37,764 bases of DNA from Candidatus Parcubacteria bacterium (GTDB lineage Bacteria; Patescibacteriota; Minisyncoccia; SW-4-49-11): NCBI GenBank assembly GCA_041177485.1, contig JBEDBC010000029.1, positions 1 through 37,764 of the forward strand. Reading direction: 5' to 3'. A program made the translations under genes and the position numbers. This document shows positions 9,158-17,235 of the stretch, piece by piece; within the stretch, counting starts at the first letter, position 1, and each line of letters begins with the position of its first letter. The notes below the pieces were generated by a model. That model searched no databases. It was not told the origin of the DNA and saw nothing but the letters and a program-made list of their open reading frames with translations.

Positions 9158-10252
9158 TTAGGTCTCTCTCTCTTTTAATAAAATTTCCAATTGTATGTTG
9201 GTATTTTGAACATGAATAAAAGCTTCATAAGGGGAAGTGAAAGAGATATGCTGTTTCTTATTGTAATTATCATAACCTAGATAATAGAAGAAATCTCTGT
9301 TCATACTATAAAATAGATTACGCATTAATGGGTCATCATCTATGGTATCTACTTCCGCGTGCTCCTTCCCCACCATATAGGTTGCATATTCCCAAAGACG
9401 AAAGACTGCTTTCTCTAAATTACTATACCGAGACCAGTTACGCTCTTCCTGTATACGTATCGTGGGGTTTTTCTTTGATCTAGTTTGTGTAATTTGAGCC
9501 CTGGTAGAAGTCAAAGCTATTTCTAAAGAAGTTGACTTGGTCATCAAATCAATATCTATATGGTTTTTGACATTCATAAGATCAAAATAATGACTATAAG
9601 TATACCAGTGAATACTGATTTCAGATTGTTCAATTTCCCTAATCCAAGTTACTCTCCCCCCTCTAAAGCGACGAAAAGATTTTAATGAAGTTGCCATAGT
9701 ACCACCTTTACGCTCATTCACAACTGAGATAAAATTATTTATATTTAAGGTAGTAAAAACTTTCTCTAGCGGTAATTGTCTATATATAATTGGTAAATAT
9801 ACACTATCCGGACTATAGTTAAGATGAGTCTGTAAGCGTTCAACGGTGCCCGTAATTTCGTCTTTCCACCAATCAAAATAATACATACTAAGATGACTAC
9901 TTCCCCAATAAGCATCTGGGATAATATATAAGAGCTTATTCTCTAACATTTTATGTAAAACATCCAAAAATTCTGGGTATTCTTTAGCGGCTATGTCTAA
10001 AAAGTGACCAGTTATAATAATTGAAACTTTGATATTTTGCTTGTATAAAAACTTGAATAAAGGAATATAAATCTGATTAAACTCTCTCTCCCAAATAGCC
10101 TCACTTTGTAGTTTATTCACAAAAGGTAATTTAGGGTTTTTGAGTACATCAACTAAAGATTTAGAGGTATAAGAAAACATCAAGGACAGAGATATTAAAA
10201 CAGGATATTCTTGAGGAATAGAAATAAAGTTTAGATTTTCTTTACTACTCAT
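9158..10252 (-). CDS. hypothetical protein, possibly a divergent GH57-like glycogen-metabolism partner
   Basis: 364 aa, translationally coupled (ATGA overlap) to the glycogen-synthase-like GT. Loose resemblance to the GH57 N-terminal layout (W-E-x-x-x-x-x-Y-x-PL...; ...Y-x-x-x-H-L), but I cannot find the canonical HQP or catalytic Glu/Asp motifs. Confidence 0.3.
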   Translation of the reverse strand: MSSKENLNFISIPQEYPVLISLSLMFSYTSKSLVDVLKNPKLPFVNKLQSEAIWEREFNQIYIPLFKFLYKQNIKVSIIITGHFLDIAAKEYPEFLDVLHKMLENKLLYIIPDAYWGSSHLSMYYFDWWKDEITGTVERLQTHLNYSPDSVYLPIIYRQLPLEKVFTTLNINNFISVVNERKGGTMATSLKSFRRFRGGRVTWIREIEQSEISIHWYTYSHYFDLMNVKNHIDIDLMTKSTSLEIALTSTRAQITQTRSKKNPTIRIQEERNWSRYSNLEKAVFRLWEYATYMVGKEHAEVDTIDDDPLMRNLFYSMNRDFFYYLGYDNYNKKQHISFTSPYEAFIHVQNTNIQLEILLKERET

Positions 10253-11517
10253 ATTTTATCAATTAATCCCAATAATTTAGCAACCTCTTTTGGCCAATTA
10301 TGCTGAGATAGATCTTCTTGTTGTCTTTTTAACAGTTCTATTCTAGCCTCTTTACTCTGAATGAAGTGCAAAATACTATTAGCAAAAGCCTCAATATCAT
10401 AATAAGCAAAAGTAGGGGTAGATGGGACAACACTAATAAAACCACTGGTCTCCGAGGCAATAGTTGGCACCCCTGATCTAATAGCCTCCAGAGCCGTCAA
10501 TCCAAAAGGCTCATTTGGAGACGGCATCACAAATAACTGACTAGTCTTATAGAGTTGTTTTTTATCATCACTATTCACCCAACCTGTAAATAAAATATTT
10601 TTTTCTAACTTTCTTTTCGCTACATGCTCCACAATTTCTGGTAACAAATTCCCCTCTGTAGAACCATCTCCTGCAATAATAAAAGTCACCTGTGGGTCAA
10701 TCTGAAGGACTCTCACCGCTGTTTCTAATAAGAAAAACAATCCCTTCTGACCTACTACCCTACCTACGAACAAAACGTTTTTACCCTTATCTAAGTGTTC
10801 AAAACCAATTTTCTCTGGCTCAAAACTAATATCATTATAAATCGGATAAATTTTTTCAGCTGGAAGATTATAATCTTCTACCAAGACCTGCTTTGACACA
10901 TCAGACACTACCGCCACCTTATCAGCTCGATAAAAACCTTTTTTCTCAAGCTCGTATAAAGCTTTAGCTGTGTGATCATTGTTATGTATATAGCCACCCG
11001 ACCTATCTACCTCACTAGAGTTAATATGATAGTAAAATGGAGTTTTGACACCATGATGCAATAGTAGAAAATGTGCTGGGATGGACATCCAATCCATACC
11101 ATAAATTACGTCAAATTCTTGTCCATTTTGCGTCAACCAATCGTAAACTGCGCAGGCATAAGCTCTAGTTAGAACTGGAGTATGATTGGGGTATAAAGTT
11201 TCTTTTTTATTATTCCCTTTACTATACAGTAATGGCCAACGAACATACTGTTTTTTGCCCTTAGGGACAAACTCTTTTAAAGTGAAGTCTTCTAATCCAG
11301 GTATTATATTATCTGTTTTAGCATACTTTTTGACCTCTTTTTCAAGTGAAATAATATCCTTAATATGATCAGCATTATGTGGCACTAATACCGTCACCTT
11401 AGCCCCCTGATTTTTGAGCTCATCTACTAGGCTTCTTACCAAAACTCCCAATCCCCCCTCCATCAAAGGGAGTATTTCCCAAGATAAAATTAGGATTCTT
11501 TTGGGAGCTTGAGGCAT
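10249..11517 (-). CDS. GT4/GT5 glycosyltransferase, glycogen-synthase-like
   Basis: 422 aa. N-terminus ILILSWEILPLMEGGLGVLV and C-terminal E-x7-E region (MPSPNEPFGLTALEAIRSGVP) are typical of retaining GT-B glycogen/starch-synthase-like enzymes. Context includes glgP. Confidence 0.7.
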   Translation of the reverse strand: MPQAPKRILILSWEILPLMEGGLGVLVRSLVDELKNQGAKVTVLVPHNADHIKDIISLEKEVKKYAKTDNIIPGLEDFTLKEFVPKGKKQYVRWPLLYSKGNNKKETLYPNHTPVLTRAYACAVYDWLTQNGQEFDVIYGMDWMSIPAHFLLLHHGVKTPFYYHINSSEVDRSGGYIHNNDHTAKALYELEKKGFYRADKVAVVSDVSKQVLVEDYNLPAEKIYPIYNDISFEPEKIGFEHLDKGKNVLFVGRVVGQKGLFFLLETAVRVLQIDPQVTFIIAGDGSTEGNLLPEIVEHVAKRKLEKNILFTGWVNSDDKKQLYKTSQLFVMPSPNEPFGLTALEAIRSGVPTIASETSGFISVVPSTPTFAYYDIEAFANSILHFIQSKEARIELLKRQQEDLSQHNWPKEVAKLLGLIDKI

Positions 11518-11687
11518 ATTTATGTATAATATTATATTTGTTACATTATAGCATAAAAATAAAATAATTCACAATTTGAACTTGTAAGATGGAGAGTTTT
11601 ATATTTCTATACTCCCTTGGGGGATACAAATTTCAAACTACAATCAACCCCCATTCAGCTAGGAGCCCCACTACGAAAGTGAAAATA

Positions 11688-14564
11688 CTAATCTATAACT
11701 TGAATTGAGACGGTAATTATGTCTTGTTCTAATTTGAAAGTTTGGGTATTCTCTAGTCCTTCTAGTGTTTGGAATTGCCACTCTATTACTCCGACTGGTT
11801 GACTGATAGTGTCTTGATATTTTTGGATTAGAGTTTTTATATCTTCTGTAGCCTGTATAGTGAGTTTGATATTTTGCTCTTTTGATAATTTGGAGTTTTT
11901 GCGGGTAATTTGTAGGTTTCGAATTAACTCTCTGACTAATCCTTCTTCTTTGAGCTGAGGGGTGATTGTATCATCTAGACTCAACACTAGTCCTTGATAT
12001 TCAATCTTATTGTCTGAAACTTTTTGGAATAAGACTTCTTTGACATTAATCTCGGTCTTGATAATCTCTTGCATCCAAGGCTCTAAATCTAGACCTTCTA
12101 TACCCATCGATTGTAAGGGTTGTCTGACTTTGATGGCTGAGACTTCTCTTAACTTGAATCCTTGCTCGAGAATTCCTTTGACTTGCTCTACCTTTTCTAA
12201 TAATTTATTGTCTATCTCTACCTCATATTCTGGATAAGTGCTCAAGTGAATTGACTCTACTACTTGCTGGTTCTGACTGACTACTAACTCTTGATATAAA
12301 TATTCTGTAATAAATGGAGCAAAAGGAGCTAGGAGATGAATTAATCTCACAAAATTATTATACAGAGACTGTAAAAATTCTATGTCCCCATTGGCAAAGT
12401 CTGTTCTAGCAGTACGAATATACCATTTTGAGATGTCATCCATACAAGCCTTTATCTCACGAGTAGCTTGTGGTATACGATAATTATCTAGAGCCTGATT
12501 AACTTCAACTATGGTTTTATTCACTCTGGTGTATAACCATTGATTCTTGGGGTTTTGTGGCTGATGTTCACCAAATTCTGGTTTCCAATCTCCAAAATTA
12601 GCATAGGTCACCAAAAAGCTATACATATTCCAAAGTGGCAATAGATACTCTTGAGTAATAATCTTGACAGTTTTGGCTGAGACTGTGGTATCCTCTCCAG
12701 CTGCAATCGGAGTGGAGAAAAAGTTCAACCTCATAGCATCTGCTCCAAATTGGTCAATTAAATCGATTGGATTGGCATAGTTTTTCTTACTTTTGGATAA
12801 TTTTTGACCATCGTCTGCTAATACAAGACCATTTACAATTACATTTTTGTAACTTGGCCTATCAAATAAAGCCGTAGATAGGGCTAATAGAGAATAAAAC
12901 CAACCTCTAGTCTGATCTACTCCCTCAGCAATATATTCAGCTGGGAATTTAGCCTCAAATATTTCCTTATTCTCAAAAGGGTAATGAAATCTAGCAAAGG
13001 GCATAGCTCCAGAGTCGTACCAGACATCTAATACATCTGGAATTCGCCTATATTCTTCCCCTTCTAGACTAAAGACAATATCATCTACATAGGGGCGATG
13101 AGGGTCGGTGATTGTAACTCCTGATAACTCCTCTAACTCAGCAAAAGATCCGATAATCTTGGTCTTACCTGATTCTGATTTCCAAACTGGAAGCGGAGTC
13201 CCCCAATATCTAGTTCGGGAGATTCCCCAATCTTTGATTTCTCTGAGCCAATTTCCGAATCTACCTTCTTTGATATGTTCTGGGATCCAATTTATACCAT
13301 CATTATGAGTAGCCAATCTGTCTCTAAGAGTACTCATCGCTACATACCAAGAGGTAATTGGTTTATAAATAAGAGGGGTATTGGTTCGCCAACACATTGG
13401 TAAATCATGCTCATAATCCTCTACTTTGAATAATTTATTAGCTTGCTTTAAGTCTTCAATAATATATTTATTGGCCTTACGATAGAACATCCCGGCATAA
13501 GTAGAAATCATATCCGTAAAATCTCCTTGATCATTTAACACGTCTACCGAGACTATACCAACCTTTTGAAAAATTTCATTATCCTCCGCTCCATAAGGGG
13601 CTAGATGTACAATTCCAGTTCCTGAATCGGTAGTTACATAATCACCCTCATAAATTACAAAAGCATTTTCTTTATCTAAAAAGTAATCAAATAAAGGCTT
13701 ATAAGTCTTACCTAATAAATCTTGTCCTTTATATTCAGCTAGTACGGTGTACTCTTCCCCAAAAATACTCTGAGCTAAATCTCGAGCCACTATGTATTGT
13801 TCTTCTGTATTAGGGATAGAAACTTTGATATAGTCAATTTGCTTATTGACCGCTAAGGCAAAGTTAGTCGGCAATGTCCAAGGAGTAGTAGTCCAAGCTA
13901 ATACAAAAGTATTCGGGCTATCTGTGAGCTCAAATTTGATTGTAACAGCCGGGTCAATTTGTTTTTTATAACCTCCTAGAGCAACCTCAGCATTGGAAAG
14001 AGTTGTCCCTGCTCGAGTGGAAAAAGGCACTACTTTGAAGCCCTCATATAATAATCCCTTCTGATATAACTCAGACAAACTCCACCAAATTGATTCAATA
14101 TAATTAGCGTCCATAGTGGCATATTCCTCATCCGAATTAGTGAGTCGTCCGATTTTATACTCCAGTTCAATAATTCCCTCACGATGAGCTGAGACTGATT
14201 TCCGACAAAGTTGATTGAATTTATCTATACCATAATCTTCGATATCTTTTTTCTGCTGAAAGCCTAGTTTTTTTTCAATTTCATACTCTACTGGGATACC
14301 CTGACAATCCCAACCAAGACTGCGAGTAACTCGATAACCTTTCATAGTCCAAAGTCTTGGCATAATATCCTTGAGAGCAAAGGTCAACATATGCCCTGCA
14401 TGAGGTTCTCCATTAGCGGTAATTGGGCCATCATAAAAAGTTTTGGTTTTATCTGCTGGTCTGGTGTCAATAGACTTCTGGAGAATATTTTCTACTTTCC
14501 AAAATTCTAAAGTTTGTTTTTCTAATTCAGCAAAAGATACATTAAAGGGAGGTTTTTTGAACAT
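11688..14564 (-). CDS. ileS: isoleucine--tRNA ligase (type 2, eukaryote/archaeal-like)
   Basis: 958 aa. Has FYDGPITANGEPHAGHML (HIGH region), GWDCQGIPVEYEIEKKLG, KLSKSKKN (KMSKS) and a CP1 editing-domain-sized insert. Confidence 0.92.
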   Translation of the reverse strand: MFKKPPFNVSFAELEKQTLEFWKVENILQKSIDTRPADKTKTFYDGPITANGEPHAGHMLTFALKDIMPRLWTMKGYRVTRSLGWDCQGIPVEYEIEKKLGFQQKKDIEDYGIDKFNQLCRKSVSAHREGIIELEYKIGRLTNSDEEYATMDANYIESIWWSLSELYQKGLLYEGFKVVPFSTRAGTTLSNAEVALGGYKKQIDPAVTIKFELTDSPNTFVLAWTTTPWTLPTNFALAVNKQIDYIKVSIPNTEEQYIVARDLAQSIFGEEYTVLAEYKGQDLLGKTYKPLFDYFLDKENAFVIYEGDYVTTDSGTGIVHLAPYGAEDNEIFQKVGIVSVDVLNDQGDFTDMISTYAGMFYRKANKYIIEDLKQANKLFKVEDYEHDLPMCWRTNTPLIYKPITSWYVAMSTLRDRLATHNDGINWIPEHIKEGRFGNWLREIKDWGISRTRYWGTPLPVWKSESGKTKIIGSFAELEELSGVTITDPHRPYVDDIVFSLEGEEYRRIPDVLDVWYDSGAMPFARFHYPFENKEIFEAKFPAEYIAEGVDQTRGWFYSLLALSTALFDRPSYKNVIVNGLVLADDGQKLSKSKKNYANPIDLIDQFGADAMRLNFFSTPIAAGEDTTVSAKTVKIITQEYLLPLWNMYSFLVTYANFGDWKPEFGEHQPQNPKNQWLYTRVNKTIVEVNQALDNYRIPQATREIKACMDDISKWYIRTARTDFANGDIEFLQSLYNNFVRLIHLLAPFAPFITEYLYQELVVSQNQQVVESIHLSTYPEYEVEIDNKLLEKVEQVKGILEQGFKLREVSAIKVRQPLQSMGIEGLDLEPWMQEIIKTEINVKEVLFQKVSDNKIEYQGLVLSLDDTITPQLKEEGLVRELIRNLQITRKNSKLSKEQNIKLTIQATEDIKTLIQKYQDTISQPVGVIEWQFQTLEGLENTQTFKLEQDIITVSIQVID

Positions 14565-14815
14565 ATCGTTTTATTATATAACTAATCTATTATTAATATG
14601 TAGTTTAGCATAAGTCAGTATAGTATTCAAGATAAAACCAGTATTATGTACTAGATATAAATAATGTCTTTCGTGTTCTATAAATTTCTTTCGAGCATTG
14701 TATTGTCAAATACACAGTGAGAAAAAATTTGATAGAACTACAGAAAGACCCGATACTAGGATACATATAATATTACTTCCTTTTCAATTCACCTAAAAAA
14801 GTATATAATGTTATC

Positions 14816-14950
14816 AAGCCTTCAGAATGGGGTTGCGAAAAATTGAAACCCACCTTGACTTACAGGGAAAAATATATTATTTTCCGATGTTTATATAAAG
14901 GGATTCAGACGCAGTATGAAAATACACCGCCCCTGCATTGAGGGCTTTTT
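14816..14950 (+). ncRNA. candidate small RNA (promoter-to-terminator unit without a convincing ORF)
   Basis: TTTCAA-16-TATAAT (-10 at 14804..14809) lies upstream. Internal GGGTT/AACCC hairpin (about 14829..14851). Weak terminator GCCC...GGGC plus TTTTT at 14929..14950. Only 12-23-codon ORFs inside. Confidence 0.2.
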
Positions 14951-14958
14951 ATATTGAG

Positions 14959-14993
14959 AAAATAAAAAAGCCGAGCTACAGGGTAGTCGGGCT
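14959..14993 (-). terminator. rho-independent terminator of the 56-aa Cys-rich gene
   Basis: Roughly 10-bp bulged GC-rich hairpin (14969..14993) followed on the minus strand by TTTTTTATTTT. Confidence 0.6.
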
Positions 14994-15012
14994 TTGAAAA
15001 GAAACAGTTTGC

Positions 15013-15183
15013 TCAAGGCAAACTGTATACACATGTTGGTAACTCCTGACTATCATCTGAAAAGAATCCCTCCATCTCTTTACGTAATGCTCTTCTTTGA
15101 GCGGCACACTCACCCTCAGGACATTGACACCATTCCCCACCTCCTTCGCCATTGAAAGTGCAAGTATGTGGAATTGTGGACAT
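15013..15183 (-). CDS. 56-aa cysteine-rich small protein (unannotated, below the ORF-track size cutoff)
   Basis: Own translation: MSTIPHTCTFNGEGGGEWCQCPEGECAAQRRALRKEMEGFFSDDSQELPTCVYSLP. Framed by a perfect consensus promoter and an intrinsic terminator. Locally higher G+C than the flanks. Confidence 0.55.
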   Translation of the reverse strand: MSTIPHTCTFNGEGGGEWCQCPEGECAAQRRALRKEMEGFFSDDSQELPTCVYSLP

Positions 15184-15211
15184 TGAAGTCAATCCAATCA
15201 GAACATTCCCA

Positions 15212-15239
15212 ATTATACTACGCTCAATAAATCTGTCAA
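15212..15239 (-). promoter_or_regulatory. consensus sigma70 promoter of the Cys-rich small gene
   Basis: Minus strand reads TTGACA (15239..15234), a 16-nt spacer, then TATAAT (15217..15212). About 28 nt upstream of ATG 15183. Confidence 0.7.
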
Positions 15240-15252
15240 GACTAGTTAAATT

Positions 15253-15281
15253 TTGTTTCCTTTCAAGCTATATGATATAAT
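15253..15281 (+). promoter_or_regulatory. rfbC promoter with extended -10
   Basis: TTGTTT (15253..15258), 17-nt spacer, TGaTATAAT (-10 at 15276..15281). Only 8 nt separate the -10 box from ATG 15290, implying a leaderless or near-leaderless mRNA. Confidence 0.6.
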
Positions 15282-15289
15282 TATTATAT

Positions 15290-15838
15290 ATGAAAATTAT
15301 ACAAACTAAAATTAAGGATTTATTAATTATAGAGCCTCAAGTTTTTGAGGATAGTCGTGGTTATTTTGTGGAAACCTATAATCAGTCTAAATTTGAGGCT
15401 CATGGTCTTGATTATACTTTTATTCAAGATAATCAATCATTCTCTCAATATGGGACTATTCGAGGACTACACTTTCAAACTGGAGATTATGCCCAAGCGA
15501 AATTGGTCCGCGCTGTACAGGGAAAAGTTTTAGATGTAGCTGTGGATTTGAGGAAAAATTCTCCCACTCTTGGGCAATATGTGGCAGTAGAATTATCTGA
15601 TAAGAACTTTAGACAATTACTAATTCCCAGAGGCTTTGCTCATGGGTTTGCTGTTATTTCTAAGACGGCAATTTTTACTTATAAATGTGATAATGTATAT
15701 AATAAAGATGCAGAAGCTGGGATTTTATTCTCCGATGAGACTCTTAATATTGATTGGAGCATTCCAGCTGAGAATCAAATTATCTCAGACAAAGATCAAA
15801 ACTGGCCAACTTTAGTAGAATATTTAGCAAAAATATGA
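15290..15838 (+). CDS. rfbC: dTDP-4-dehydrorhamnose 3,5-epimerase
   Basis: 182 aa. FEDSRGYFVETY, RGLHFQ and PRGFAHGF are hallmark RmlC cupin motifs. Confidence 0.9.
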   Translation: MKIIQTKIKDLLIIEPQVFEDSRGYFVETYNQSKFEAHGLDYTFIQDNQSFSQYGTIRGLHFQTGDYAQAKLVRAVQGKVLDVAVDLRKNSPTLGQYVAVELSDKNFRQLLIPRGFAHGFAVISKTAIFTYKCDNVYNKDAEAGILFSDETLNIDWSIPAENQIISDKDQNWPTLVEYLAKI

Positions 15839-16671
15839 TTCTAATCACCGGAGCAAACGGACAATTAGGGCAAGTTTTCAGGACCATTCTATCTACTGAA
15901 GATGCTATTTTCAAAGGCAGGGAGCTAGATATAACAGATATTGAAGCTTTGCGTGAATTTACCTCCAAGAATAATATTAAGACTATTATCAATACGGCTG
16001 CCTATACTGCAGTGGACTTAGCTGAGACAGAATCAGCACTAGCCTTTCATATCAATAGCCTTGGTGCTCGTAATTTAGCTTTGATTAGTAAAGAGTTTCA
16101 AATCAAACTAATTCATATCTCTACTGACTATGTCTTTGATGGGACTAATTATAAACCTTATAATGAACAAGATATCACTAATCCGATGTCAGTGTATGGA
16201 CAATCCAAATTAGAGGGAGAAAAGGCCGTGCTAGAATTATCTTACTCAGCCTATATTATTCGTACTTCTTGGCTTTATTCTGGTTTTGGGAAGAATTTTT
16301 TGACTAATATTACTAGATTAGCTCAAGAGCGAGACAGCCTATCTATTGTAGCTGACCAAATTGGGACTCCAACTTATGCTCCAGATTTAGCAAGAGCAAT
16401 TTTAGAATTAATTCCTAATTTACAACCTCATAACAAACAAATTTTACACTACTCCAATCAGGGAGTGGCTTCTTGGTATGATTTTGCTTATGAGATTATA
16501 AATTTACAAAATATAAATTGTAAATTAACACCAATCCCAACCACGGCCTATCCAACTCCAGCCACTCGTCCTTATTATTCTGTCTTAGATAAAACTTTAG
16601 TTTCTAATTTACTACAATCCCCCATTCCACATTGGAAGGCTAGCTTACTTAGACATCTCTCGAGTCAATAA
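15835..16671 (+). CDS. rfbD: dTDP-4-dehydrorhamnose reductase
   Basis: 278 aa. ILITGANGQLG Rossmann motif, STDYVFDG and YGQSKLEGE (the Y-x-x-x-K catalytic pair). ATGA overlap with rfbC. Confidence 0.9.
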   Translation: MILITGANGQLGQVFRTILSTEDAIFKGRELDITDIEALREFTSKNNIKTIINTAAYTAVDLAETESALAFHINSLGARNLALISKEFQIKLIHISTDYVFDGTNYKPYNEQDITNPMSVYGQSKLEGEKAVLELSYSAYIIRTSWLYSGFGKNFLTNITRLAQERDSLSIVADQIGTPTYAPDLARAILELIPNLQPHNKQILHYSNQGVASWYDFAYEIINLQNINCKLTPIPTTAYPTPATRPYYSVLDKTLVSNLLQSPIPHWKASLLRHLSSQ

Positions 16672-17194
16672 AACTTTTAATTTGCTCTAATCGCTCCTCT
16701 ACACTACCTCTAGCGATACAATATTGCTCCGAAGATAGCCACAAATTGAGATGATCTTCCAACACCTGAGCTACTTCTTTCTGGGATTGAGGGTTGGCTC
16801 TCAAATATTCAGGCTCTGCTGGAAATTCTACCGGCAAATAAATAATACAATCATATTGTAATAATCTCTCCCTAATCAGAGCCTTATATAAGTCTAGATC
16901 AGTCGTAGACATTGAACTTGAGACTACTGCATAGCCAAGATAATCTAAGACCGACCTATCGGTGATAAATCCCTGCTCCCAAAGAGAATTTTCTTTGTCT
17001 AATTGATTTAGCAATAGGTGTTTTTGAAAAATTGCTCTTATGTCTGAAGGTAATAATTCAAAATCTTTCACTCCGTTATCTTCCCAAAATGTCCTCACCG
17101 TGCGCTGTAACACCGGCAAATCATATTCTGAGGCCAGAGGTTCAACCAAAGTGCTTTTACCTGTACCATGAGCGCCAGTTAAAATGATTTTCAT
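16649..17194 (-). CDS. small P-loop NTPase (AAA_28 / NadR-kinase-like)
   Basis: 181 aa. Walker A at the N-terminus (LTGAHGTGKST). Size and layout resemble stand-alone AAA_28 ATPases. Its 3' end overlaps rfbD convergently by 23 nt. Confidence 0.55.
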   Translation of the reverse strand: MKIILTGAHGTGKSTLVEPLASEYDLPVLQRTVRTFWEDNGVKDFELLPSDIRAIFQKHLLLNQLDKENSLWEQGFITDRSVLDYLGYAVVSSSMSTTDLDLYKALIRERLLQYDCIIYLPVEFPAEPEYLRANPQSQKEVAQVLEDHLNLWLSSEQYCIARGSVEERLEQIKSFIDSRDV

Positions 17195-17235
17195 ATTTTT
17201 ATGTTATAATATTAGTATAATTAATTATAACACAT

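Noticed and set aside
14565-15010. T-box or other riboswitch leader upstream of ileS. A GGTGGG string lies at about 14848..14853 on the minus strand.
   Set aside because: There is no AGAGA/GNUGGNA stem I features. There is no specifier-loop context I could build. There is no NNGGGUGGUACCGCG-like box and no terminator/antiterminator pair. The candidate lies about 290 nt from the start codon, upstream of a plausible ileS promoter.
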